A DNA stretch of 64,000 nt from contig CATNEN010000005.1 in the NCBI GenBank assembly GCA_950097015.1, forward strand, positions 5,580,001 to 5,644,000, given 5' to 3'. This DNA comes from Macrostomum hystrix (lineage: Eukaryota > Animalia > Platyhelminthes). Shown here piece after piece: positions 23,380 through 34,651 of this stretch; the first letter of the stretch is position 1; every line of letters begins with the position of its first letter. The notes under the pieces were generated by a model. The model made no database searches and was not told the DNA's origin. It saw only the letters and a list, made by a program, of their open reading frames with translations. Both the position numbers and the translations under genes were made by a program.

Positions 23380-24660
23380 TTACGCTCTCATCAAAGGCAT
23401 CATTGTTTATTTCAACGATGGATGTGAATCACCTGCTTAGTTTTTTTCGAGAGAAAAAAACATTCATCGTTTGTCCAAAGACGTGTGTCACATTTGAAGG
23501 CGATGTTGGATCATGGCGCTCGAATGATTGGCTGGCCAGTGGCGATAGAGATATCAATTTACTATGAGTGTGAATACTTTACAGGAGCAGGAGTTGTAAT
23601 CCAAGTCGCTGTCAGCGCGTCCGATTTGTCAGAATCTAAAAGACTTGCTATCGAGCTGCGTTCTGGAAAGAACATGCATGTAGCTCAGATGCTGGATTAT
23701 TTCCAGCGATTCAAAAATCCGAATCGCCGAGAGAATTTTGACGCTGTAAGTGTACTCAGTACGAGTTATAACCAGTTATTTGCTATTATATTTCTTCCCC
23801 CATTTCTCTACTTTCTACAGTATCGCCCATAGGAAAACTGAGTAGCCTTGGCTATACCTTGCATTGGCTAAACAACTTTGGTGTATCCCGGGTTGATTTT
23901 TATATATTTTTATATTCCAGTCTGCTACAATATAGGGATTACATACCACTAGTTTCCAATAAATGAGTCTTATTCGCTTGCTTGAAGCTCATTTTACTAT
24001 TTTTTCTTTGCCAGCAAACGTGGACCAACTCAGAGGATTCAAACGGTTGCGCGCCACAGACTTCTACTGCTCAGTGTCGCTCCACTGTGGCTATGCCAGG
24101 AGGAAACCGCAAACGAAACCAGGTCCAGTCCGCTGCAACGAATGATTTTAATGCCACCGACTACATCGACGCAGGTAAAATCGATGAGCTTTTGAATTGC
24201 CGGCTTCCGTTACCCGACGACACCGCCATTCCATCTTTCCACTCTGTGACGTCTGCTGACTCTAGCAGATTAAGCGAGCAGGCTACTAGGCGCAACAGCG
24301 CCACGATGGGAAGTTCCCGCATCAATTCGGACATCAAAGTTCGTTGTTTGAGTGATGGTATGGACACAATTGAAGCTCAGCAGCGCGTAATAATTCGTTT
24401 GCTGGAGGACGTCAAAAAGTACGTGCAAAGGCCAAGCGGTGCGTCCAACTTTGAATTCCCACAGGGTGTGCGAGTTCCATGCGGTTCAATCGAAAATCTG
24501 CGAAACCTCAATGAACTTCTATCCACCTCGAAAGAGGTGCGACTGAACATTGTCACCGCGCTGCAGCGGTTTTCTGACCCGTCTGCTGCCGATACTGTGA
24601 GACTTGTTTGTCGTGCGCTGCTAACGAACTCGTTAATGGCTTGTACTATTCGGAGCTTAT
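23380..24660 (+). pseudogene. Intron-containing accessory gene(s) downstream of the CACTA-like transposase, DUF4806-like C-terminus, truncated
   Basis: FPQGVRVPCGSIENLRNLNELL...DTVRLVCRALLTNSL; cut off by the family A fragment. Confidence 0.45.
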
Positions 24661-25655
24661 AGACAGGCAATGAGCCTGTGAGCGCTAGCTGAGCTTATAG
24701 CTCTAAGTCTGAACTCTAAGTGGGGGGAAATAGGTCCGGAAGATCCGTCGGGGGAAGACGGGTCCACCAAGTTTAAAGTGGAAAAGAAGGTCCTAGGGGG
24801 AGCAGCGCAGCGCGCTTGCTTAAATAGTCCTGCAGCACGCCAACCTCGGCATTCATCAAAACCCACATCCGCGCCAGCCTGTCATCGAGGAATCGAAGCG
24901 GCGATGGCCACCCCGATTACCCAATGAACCGGCGGCGAGAAACGACAGATGCTCCTTTACGAGCAGCCGCCGGCAGTCGGCCAATAATTGTTACTCCGCG
25001 GGAACAATGGGAAGCGCAGGCGCCGACCTGCCTACAGTGACATTTACATGTATCTAAGAGAGGAGGTCATAAAGTCGAGCTGGGCTCGGGTACACTAAAG
25101 AAGCGAGGACATGAAGAATTATTGATCACTCATAACGCCCGAGTGATTCCCGATATCTGATCGCGGTTTGGAGGGGAATTATGACCTAAGCTAGCTTATA
25201 CAGGCTCCGGCCGTTTTCTCCTTGAGTCCGAGGGGTCCGGCCGTGCTCTTCCCAGGTGGTTCCAGATTGGTTGTCCGTTTGCGCCCTCGCTAATGCCGTT
25301 GCCGGGGCTTGGTAGCCTCTGATTCGCCGGGCGCCCAGGTGTTCCCGGCTGGCCGTGCCCGTAAATTCTCGCCGGGCCAGTTGCCTAGCCGTTGCGCGCG
25401 GTCCAATCGGCGCTGCAGCTGGTCGCAGCTGGGGAAACCGCTGCTCAAACCGCTCAGTGATGCTGGTGTCGGCCGCTGGATCTCCGCACCGAAAAGGTCA
25501 GGGCCCCAACAACTAAACTGTTACTATGGGCCCCCTATGCTGGATTTTCTTAAATTTCCATCTGACTTCCAATTGGTCGGCGCTCCCGCCACCATGACCC
25601 CTAATCTAAGTGCTATAAAAACAGCCACTTAACGCCCCATTAAACCCAAGCGTTG
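24660..25655 (-). mobile_element. Family A third-subfamily fragment: partial LTR fused by deletion to the internal GC block and antisense promoter
   Basis: Matches LTR sequence 18530-19080, then the internal region 11920-12355. Confidence 0.85.
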
Positions 25656-25744
25656 TGAGTATTTGTGAACATTTGTGAATAAAATTTGTACTGCTGGAGT
25701 GAACTTGAAGTTCTAAATCCTTTATATATTTTTTCTCTGTTCTA

Positions 25745-28255
25745 ATGCCTAAACGCGGTCGAGGCAATTTGTCGCACTCTACACGCGCTGCATCTGGTGC
25801 CAAGAAGCGGAGGGACTCCGAGACACCAGAGGAGCATGCAGCACGCCTGGAGCAGAATCGGCTTTGCCAGGCAGAAAGACGCGCGGCTGAGGGCGAGGCC
25901 GAGCGCCAGCATCGCCTCGAGCAGAACCGGCTGCGCACAGCTGAAGACCGCGCAGCTGAGGGCGAGGCCGAGCGCCAGCATCGCCTCGAGCAGAACCGGC
26001 TGCGCACAGCTGAAGACCGCGCAGCTGAGGGCGAGGCCGAGCGCCAGCATCGCCTCGAGCAGAACCGGCTGCGCACAGCTGAAGACCGCGCAGCTGAGGG
26101 CGAGGCCGAGCGCCAGCATCGCCTCGAGCAGAACCGGCTGCGCACAGCTGAAGACCGCGCAGCTGAGGGCGAGGCCGAGCGCCAGCATCGCCTCGAGCAG
26201 AACCGGCTGCGCACAGCTGAAGACCGCGCAGCTGAGGGCGAGGCCGAGCGCCAGCATCGCCTCGAGCAGAACCGGCTGCGCACAGCTGAAGACCGCGCAG
26301 CTGAGGGCGAGGCCGAGCGCCAGAATCACCGCGAGCTAGACCGGCTGCGCACAGCGGAATGCCACGCAAGTGAATCGGAGACGGTCCACGTGCTTCGTCT
26401 TGACATGCAGCGACAGCGACAGAGTCAGCGTCGCACGGCTGAGGCCGCTGATGAGCACGATCTGCGTCTGCATGCGCAAGCAGACCGGCACCGAGACAGG
26501 TAGGCATTTCACTCATTATTATTTTACAATGAACATCAATACTTTCTCTGTATCATATTCTATGATAAGTACTATTAGTTATTTTTATTTAATGTACATT
26601 TTTCTAGCCCATACATTACAACCTTTATGTACAAGGTTCCTAGCTTAATACGAGTTTATTTCCACATTCAGCATCTTTAAAAAAATAATACACATTTAAA
26701 TTTCCCGTTTTTCGCTTCTCAGACTGCTGGAATTGACACACCAGCCACATATCCTCGGCCGCATGGACCGTCAGTGTCCGCACTGCGGCGCGCTACGCTG
26801 GAATGACGAGCCAGCCAGCATCTGCTGCCACTCTGGCAAGGTGAGTCCAATTTTTTAATCAGTTTTATTGATCATTTTGTTGATTACTTTATCAATGCCA
26901 TGAAGCTTTAGACACTTCATGAATACCCTAGCAAGAGCAAGAGCAAGAGCAAGTGCTACATTTTTTAGTTTTTTACTGATTGTTTACTGATAGCCATGCC
27001 GTAACTTTTATAACCTGTTTAAGATGAAGAATTTTTTAAATCCCACCGGCAGACCCACCTGGAGCCGTGCCGTGATCCGCCCGATGTCCTCAAGCGACTG
27101 CTGACTAGCGAGCATCCGGACAGCTCGCAGTTCCTCAAGGACATCCGGAAGTACAACGGCGCCCTCCACATGACATCTCTCGGTGCCGCACAGCGAGAGC
27201 AGCCCGGCTGGAACCCGAGCTTCATCCTCCATGGTCAGATGCACCATCGGATCGGCAGCCTGTTGCCGAACCCGGGGGACCCCGCTCGGTTCTGCCAGGT
27301 CTTTTTTGTAGACGAGGAGCTGCAAACTCGACTACAGTGGGCCACCGGGCTGAATAGCCGTCTGCTGGCGGAACTGCAGGCAACTCTGCACGACTGCAAC
27401 AGCTACGTGCGCAGCTTTAAGTCCGCAGTCGACTTGCTGCGCAGCGATCCGCAGCTGCAGAACGCCAAGGTCGTGATCAACTCAGATGCCCGCCCATCTG
27501 GGGAGCATGTCCGGCGCTTCAACTTGCCCGAGTGCAGTGAAGTTGGCATCCTAACGGACCTTGGCGATGATGAAGGCGTAATCCAGGCGCAGCGACGGGA
27601 TGTGATCTTGCGTCTGAGAGATGGTGGTGAGTTCTATGGCATCGACAGCCACATTGTTAATTTACTGCAATTATGGCTTTTATGAAGTAGCTGCAATTAA
27701 TTTATAAAAGCCGCAAAATTTCTTTCTCCCCTAGAGCTAATTCTTTTCCAGATTCTTGATTATTTCTTTACTTCGTAATTCTATTTTTACTCATTCGCAG
27801 GCCTGCAAGATATCTGCGAGACCCACTGCTCCTATGATCCGTTGGAGTATGTGCTCGTATTCCCCTTCGGTGAGGACGGCTGGCACATTGGGCTCAAGCA
27901 GGATCGCGGCATCACCAACATGAAGTTCTACGCCTTCATGATTCAGGTGCGGCCAGGCCAGTTCAACAGCCTGCTGTACGGTCGCCGGCTCTTCCAGCAG
28001 TACCTGGTGGACCAGGCTGCCAAGATCGAAACCGAGCGCCTCAGCTTCATTCGGCAGCACCAGAAAGACCTGCAGTCCGAGAGTCTTACGATCGGTCATT
28101 ACGATCCTGGGCTTTGAAGTGCACAGCCGATACCCCCCCTGTGATAAGACTCGCAGTCCATCTGAAGGACGAGCAGCGGGTCTTTTTCACTCGCGAGACG
28201 GCCCAGGCTGTTGCTGCTCGGCCTAAAGACACGACTCTGACCGCCTTCTTTGATG
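25745..28255 (+). pseudogene. Helitron RepHel N-terminal part, multi-exon and internally deleted
   Basis: STPR-like repeats, CPHCGALRWNDEPASICCHSGK, LHGQMHHRIGSL, YVLVFPFGEDGWH, RLFQQYLVD, VIRLAVHL, DTTLTAFF. Confidence 0.85.
25880..26345 (+). repeat. 69-bp coding tandem repeat (23 aa; 6 perfect units plus 1 degenerate)
   Basis: RAAEGEAERQHRLEQNRLRTAED units. Confidence 0.95.
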
Positions 28256-28357
28256 CAAGTCTTTCAGCCAACTGTTGCTTCTGCTTATATCTGTGTACTT
28301 TAGGCAATGCTTATTCTAGAATGCTTAAAGTTAATCAACATTACTCCGTATTTTCAG

Positions 28358-29230
28358 TTTCTGTGCGGCTGAGCTGCGCCAGAGGCAGCTGGCTGGTCGG
28401 AGGATCTTCTTTCACTCCGACAGTCAAGCAGCCCTCAAGGCCCTCAGTCGCTGCACCTCTCGCTCCAGAACCACCTTGGACTGCAACACCCAGTTAAACG
28501 GTTTGGCGCAGTCTAACAAGGTGGAGCTGATGTGGATCCCTGGGCACGCCGGGCTCACAGGGAATGAGATGGCGGACCAGCTTGCAAAGGCTGGAGCAGC
28601 CAGCTCCCTGATGGGCCCGGGCCCGGAATCCCCGATCCCCATCTCCGTTGTCAACTCCAGCATCAACCACTGGATGGAGACCCAGCACCGGAGGAGGTGG
28701 TCTAGCACCCTGAACTGTCGCCAGTCCAGGGCTGCGGTGCCAACCCCCTCTAGCAACCTGCGTAAGGCCTTACTCAGGCTAAACCGCAGAGACCTGAGAG
28801 CAGTCACCATGGCCCTTTCGGGACATGGCTGCTTCACCAGACACCGCTACCTCCAAGGCCACGTGCCTGAGGAAACGTGTCCCTTCTGCTGCTCCGGCCG
28901 TGAAAACGCCGAGCATTTCATCTGCCACTGCCCGGCTTTCACCCGGGCTAGGCTAAAGCACCTCGGGCCGGCACCGACTCTTGCCGAAGCCTGCTCGCCC
29001 GAGAACATCCCACAGCTCGCCCACTTCCTCCGGGATACCGGCCGAGCTGATTTCTTCCCAGCCTATGGCGAGGAAGATCGCGCGGCGGAACCGACCGACG
29101 GACCACCCTGAGCGGCACCGCCTCGCTGGAGGCCGTCTGGCTGCCAGGGGTTAGCGATATGGGCGGCACCAGCCGCCTCCTCGCTGCGTCCGTCATGGAG
29201 GCCCCCTGCCGCTAAGTCAAGTAAGTCAAG
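28358..29230 (+). mobile_element. 5'-truncated RNase H-bearing LINE (RNase H, C-terminal zinc motif, short tandem tail)
   Basis: [37 protein letters not shown]...[10 protein letters not shown]; tail (TAAGTCAAG)2. Confidence 0.88.
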
Positions 29231-29706
29231 CCATCAAATCTACTTTATTTTTGACAAGTAATTTTTGCTAACGAACTTTAAACTTTTAACTTTAAACTTT
29301 AAAACGACACTGCACCTTTACACCTCAATAACTATCGGCCCCCACCCCGACAACAGCCTATTGACTCAATAGCGTAAACAAGCTTAACCCTCTAACAATC
29401 AACCTCAAACTCTTCGATTTTCTCTATGCGCTCACAGTGTACAGCTGCAGGCCTATCCTACACAATGACTGCAATGTCTAAATGAACAATACCTACACCT
29501 GATCTAGACAGAGGCCCTTTTTGTTGGTTTTTTTTAAGGTAAAACCTTTAGCTGGCTACGCCAACCAGTTCTAAACCAGTTCTGTGCAAATCTAGCCCTA
29601 TAAATGTGACAGCAGCTATTCATCTGAAATAATATCTGCCCCCTAAAATTTATACAATTTATTTATACCTCATTTATTTATACCTAATTTATATCTAACT
29701 TAACTA

Positions 29707-30045
29707 ATGGCTCATCACACAACACCATCCGGCAGCAATCTGGAGAAGTTCAACAAGCAGAAGAAAGCCATGGAGCAGCACTTCACTACATTCCTAAGAT
29801 TGACATCGGAAATGATTCAGGAAGACCATGAGACTCTACAACACGAATCGAAGAGCAAGGCATTACTCGCCGAAGTCGTGGCTGAGCAAAGACAGCAACT
29901 GGACTACTACAAGAAGCGACTGGCAGACACCGAGGCTGAGCTGGAGCGCAAGAAGAGAGAGTGCGAACGACTGGAAGCCCTGGAGCAAGAGCAGGAGCAA
30001 GTCCTGTTCGCTAAAGTCGAGACCAACTTGGAGCCACCAGAGTAG
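29707..30045 (+). CDS. Small coiled-coil protein of unknown function
   Basis: ATG-initiated 112-aa ORF with a charged heptad pattern. Confidence 0.45.
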   Translation: MAHHTTPSGSNLEKFNKQKKAMEQHFTTFLRLTSEMIQEDHETLQHESKSKALLAEVVAEQRQQLDYYKKRLADTEAELERKKRECERLEALEQEQEQVLFAKVETNLEPPE

Positions 30046-30899
30046 TAATAGAAAATTTGACAGAGAGGGGGTTTTCAAATGGCGAAATGCATAGGAAGTA
30101 CACAATAGGAAAATGCAAGTCTGAAGGCAGGTGTAGCTTGAGAGAGCGAACAATCTGAACATTACGTGCGGACTTGAAAATTTCTTTCTCTTTCTCTTTA
30201 ACTCTTAATTTTGTAAGCGCTAAGTCTCAGAAAACTTCCGAGTTCATTAATTTGTCTTTTCAACAAGTCAACTAGATGCACGACAGCGTAAATTACCACA
30301 GATTCAAAATCTAAATGTTTCGCAGGTTACTGAAAATGAATCCAATTTATTAAGCACATTTGACAATACTATTAATTAGCTACTCGTCAGTAAACTGAGC
30401 AATACGATAACATCTCTCTCGAAACTTGACAAGAATAAATTTTTCAACATGCTTGTACCAAGACAAGGTGCAAGTAAGGCGGGGCTTTGGTTCTTGATAT
30501 AAAGGCAAGCGATTCGAAACAGTAAGATTCAAAAGGTTCTCTTAACATAACAAGGCATTCAATCGACGAAGTAAAAAATGTCTCGCTCTCAGTTCGACAG
30601 ACGCTAATAACTGCTCAAGAAATTATTTGCTCAAGGTAAGGTTTTTTAGCACATACTCAATTTGCATTTGGCATCCATCTATGAGTACTATAAATCTTGT
30701 TTAATACCTTTCAGCTGCAAATAACAATGTATTTGCTCACCACAACCTACATCGATTGCAACACCTCAAAGGTCTAATAAGAGAACAGCAACAACAGCAA
30801 ATGAGGAAAGCCTAGGCATGCGACTCCTGATAATCCTACCTACTGACTCAACGCAGCCACAAATGCTGGAGATGATTCACGAAAATTAAAAAATCTGAA

Positions 30900-32129
30900 T
30901 TGTAGAGCTGGACGCTACCATCCACAATTCATCCAAGCCGATAATCTATATCGGTGGAGACTCGACGTCGAACAACACCAACTGTCAGTTTCGTTCGATC
31001 GCTTGGAAACCTAACTCTGCCACGCAGAGGTGGCAACCGATAATAATCCAAACAGCTGCACCCATGTATCTCTTGCGAGGTATTTCTGATCGTCCTGAAT
31101 TCGATCCTACAACTCGTTCTGACATCCGACACGATCAGACACGCGAGGCAATTGCAATCACCTTTTATCAGGACAGTTGCGATAAAGAGTTGTTTCATTC
31201 CCTTCGGTATGTAATTTATTTTACCAATAACTTAAGCTTTTCATATTCAAATCTTTCAAATAAAGTAATGCGCAATACTCATTAGAAATACTTTTTTGTT
31301 GCATTTTTCTGCAGGCTAATCGAAAAAGCGATTGCTGAAAAGCTTTCCCTTGAAATGAGAGACGGGCGAACACTTGCTCGACTTACCAAGCCACAAGTTC
31401 AGGAAGAAGCGCTCGAGTTCGTCCCACAGCATTGGGTCGCAATCAAGCAAGCCTATCCTTGCATCACCATTCGTGTGAACCAGGAGAACCCGAGAGGAAA
31501 GGAAGTTCCCTTGAGCGAGTTTAAGGGTCTCAGCGGTCAGTACCAAATTTCCCTACAGGTCACGAGTCTATATCTACCGAGATCTCCTGGCGCATGGCAT
31601 TCTGCGTTCGCTCACTTATTCTGTATGAGCGAGAAGGTTCCGAAATACCCGCTGCGTGTGCCATGTTTAATGGCTTGAGTTCTCACTTACCGACGATTAG
31701 CGAGACTGCTGTCGAGGCATCCACAATGAGCAGGAACAGCTCGCCAGAACGTCACATCAACGAGCCCAGCCAGAAGAAGAAGAGGAAGACGAGCGAGAAA
31801 AAACAGCCACTCCAGGAGTGGCTGCTCCAGAGACGAGCAGGAGCTCCTCTCTAGAATGTGACATCGAACCTAGCAAGAAGAAGAAGAAGACGACGACAAC
31901 GCCAAGAGCAACAGCGGTGAAGCCGCCAGAGAAGAAGCCACCAAGGAATCGTAAGAGATCAGCACCTGTGCAAGAAGACATGGTCGACTGGCCAGACATC
32001 ACTCCGGCCAAGACATTGGTGAGCTTAAGTACTGCTGTTGCTGCTTCGTTTGGGAACCCGAGCAAGGATCTAACCAAACAATTGCTTCTAAGTGATTTGT
32101 CGGATGAAAGCGACAGTTCCTGCGACTAA
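30900..32129 (+). pseudogene. Degenerate intron-containing gene, possibly with an OB-fold, and a basic low-complexity tail
   Basis: Intron GTATGT...CAG at ~31208-31315 joins ELFHSLR to LIEKAIAEKL; beta-rich YQISLQVTSLYL; frameshifts. Confidence 0.3.
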
Positions 32130-32242
32130 GAATATTAAAGCTTGAACAATAGAAAAGATTGTCTAGAATGTTATAGAATGAGAACATTAATTTCTTTTCT
32201 TTTTCATTTACAGAGACTTGTTCTACTAATAGTTAGTGCTAG

Positions 32243-32620
32243 TCTCAGGATGCAACCGTTCAAAATTTTCGATTTGAAGCAGATGGCAGAAGATTTATTA
32301 GTGACTCTATTTATGAAATAGATTTTTATTCTGTAAAAATATCAAGTAGCACGTATGTCGGACTTCTTAACAATACATGCTCCTTGATTACCTTTCAAAT
32401 GTTAAAGCAATGTGTTGGCTTGAAATCAGACTATGTTGTCGCTTACAATGCGGAAGTTTTCCCACAAGCAGTTGCTATTCGTTCAGTTACCAATAAACGC
32501 CCGTTCTGCAATATTTTTTTCTCAGAAAAGTTTGTCATTATGGGGGCTAGAAATTTTCAAGAAGTGCAAGTAATTATTAACTTTTTAAAGAAAATTCTCC
32601 AACCAACTGTAACCAATTAG
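32243..32620 (+). CDS. Divergent TATA-binding-protein-like half domain
   Basis: AYNAEVFPQAVAIR...NIFFSEKFVIMGARNFQEV resembles the TBP repeat YEPELFPGLIYR...LIFxSGKVVxTGAK. Confidence 0.45.
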   Translation, partial: SQDATVQNFRFEADGRRFISDSIYEIDFYSVKISSSTYVGLLNNTCSLITFQMLKQCVGLKSDYVVAYNAEVFPQAVAIRSVTNKRPFCNIFFSEKFVIMGARNFQEVQVIINFLKKILQPTVTN

Positions 32621-34651
32621 GTGCTCGTTTTCTAAAGCGCGTTAATTATCCTATCTAACAACCCTTGTTAACTCATTTTACGCTCGTAGTTTGGAAGCTT
32701 TTTTCTCACACTCGCATGCCCAACTTTAAATGAAATTAACGCTTCATGGATTTTTACTATTGTTTTTTAATGAATATCATAGTCAAAAAACGAAAAATAG
32801 ATTCCTAGTTTTTACTAGCTATTTAAACTCGTTTCTCTGTTTTGTTTTCTTTTTCGCAAAGTTACCACAAAATCTATTCTCGTCATTGTTTACATAAACC
32901 TAAAAGTCCTCTTTATTCCAGCACAAGAGACAGAATCCCTGTTCCAAACACTCATGCCGCGTGCTCAATGTCTCGTCTGTCGAAAGACATTCGGTGGACA
33001 GGCCGAGCTCCACGCGCACTCCCATGGCGAATGCTTCTCACCAGACCCGTACAAAATTCCGACGTCGGCTGGTGGTCGGTCCGACGTCGGAACGCGAAAA
33101 AAACCCATCATGCAAAATAACACTTATTAAGTCACGAAAAGTTATCCAATCAATCGATAAAAACAATTACTTAACTTTAAAGTTACTTTGGAGCGTGATT
33201 GGAGGATGATAAAAATAAGCTGTTTGATTCCGACGTCCATTAGACGTCGCTTTAAGGCTGTTTCGGACTATATAAAAATGAACTCCTTTATGTCTCTTAA
33301 TTAGGTAGTACAATTAATATACGGAATAAAAATTCTTACTTTTTTATTTACTAAATTACCTAAACATTTGGTTTCAATTGCTGCTCCTTTAAATAAAATA
33401 TTGTTTTTTGTTGATCCGCACGAAAATTTAAACAGTACTTTGTGCAATTTTCTCCCGTTTTATTTTGTCTATTTTTCTAACGTACGAAGGCTTAATTTTG
33501 ATTTTCCATGGCTTTTTATTGAAGTGCAAACCACTTTTGATAAACATATCTTAGCTCCTCATAGCCAATTGTCTGGGTTGCTGTGTTTTTCTAGCCAGCT
33601 TACAAAGTATAATAAATTAGCCCTACGTTAGTTGCCATTGTAATAAATTAAGCTTTATAGGCCCAGCTTTCCTTAATATTCTTTTAAAAAGTATCCTAAG
33701 TTCAAATTTCAATTACTATTTTATTTTATTATTAAATTAAAAGTGTAAATTGAAATAATTATTTGAATTTAGCTAGCTACTGACAAAATAGAGACCTGTA
33801 GAGTGTAGGCCTATCTAGGCAATTATTTCCATCATTAAACTTGACTTTAATTTCAATTGTCATTATAGTTAGGCCTTTCTGTCATAGCTTTCCAATTATT
33901 CTCCTATTAGGTATTGATCTCTTACTAGTGAAGTGAATAATAGATATATCGATGATTGATAATGTTACTTGGCCCAGTTAGGCCTATACAAGTTTTGTAT
34001 TGTGTGGGACAACATTATAGATCATTGATCAAGTTTACTTAAGGAGAGCTAGGCCTAGACTATCATTTTAATTTTGCTGACTGCTATCTTTGTAACAGAC
34101 TAGAGCCTAGGCTACCAAAGAAATAAATATCAATATTTATCTAGTAGTGACTAATTAATAATTTGTTTTTATATTCAGTTTTTGTTATTAGTTATACCTA
34201 GAAGAACTGTCTAAACATACTTAGCATTAAAATCTATCTTGACCCATAGGCGTAGCCAAATATTTTTGGTGTAAAGATTGTACAAATTGAATAATAAATA
34301 GCTAGGCCCAGCTATCAATCTTAATGATTATTAATAGTATTTCAATATATGATAAGAAACTATTGTCCTGGTTTATTATATTGTTGACCATAAGTTAAAT
34401 ACTTAAATATATACCATTCGGGTAACCATGAACTGGTAAGAAAATTAATTCCTTTACTTACTTGCCTAGTTTATTAACTATAAAAATTTTGTATTTGGTA
34501 ATTTATTTAAATAGAACAAATCTATTGCAGTATTAAACCATTTTTCTAATTCCATGTTTTAAATAATAACTCAATCAATGACATTCATATTTAAAATCTA
34601 TAATTGTCTTATTTTCTTTTTAAGCTTATATGACTAAATGAACCAAAACTA

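Noticed and set aside
25606-26516. Long repetitive ORFs in alternative frames or strands
   Set aside because: Shadows of the 69-bp coding repeat.
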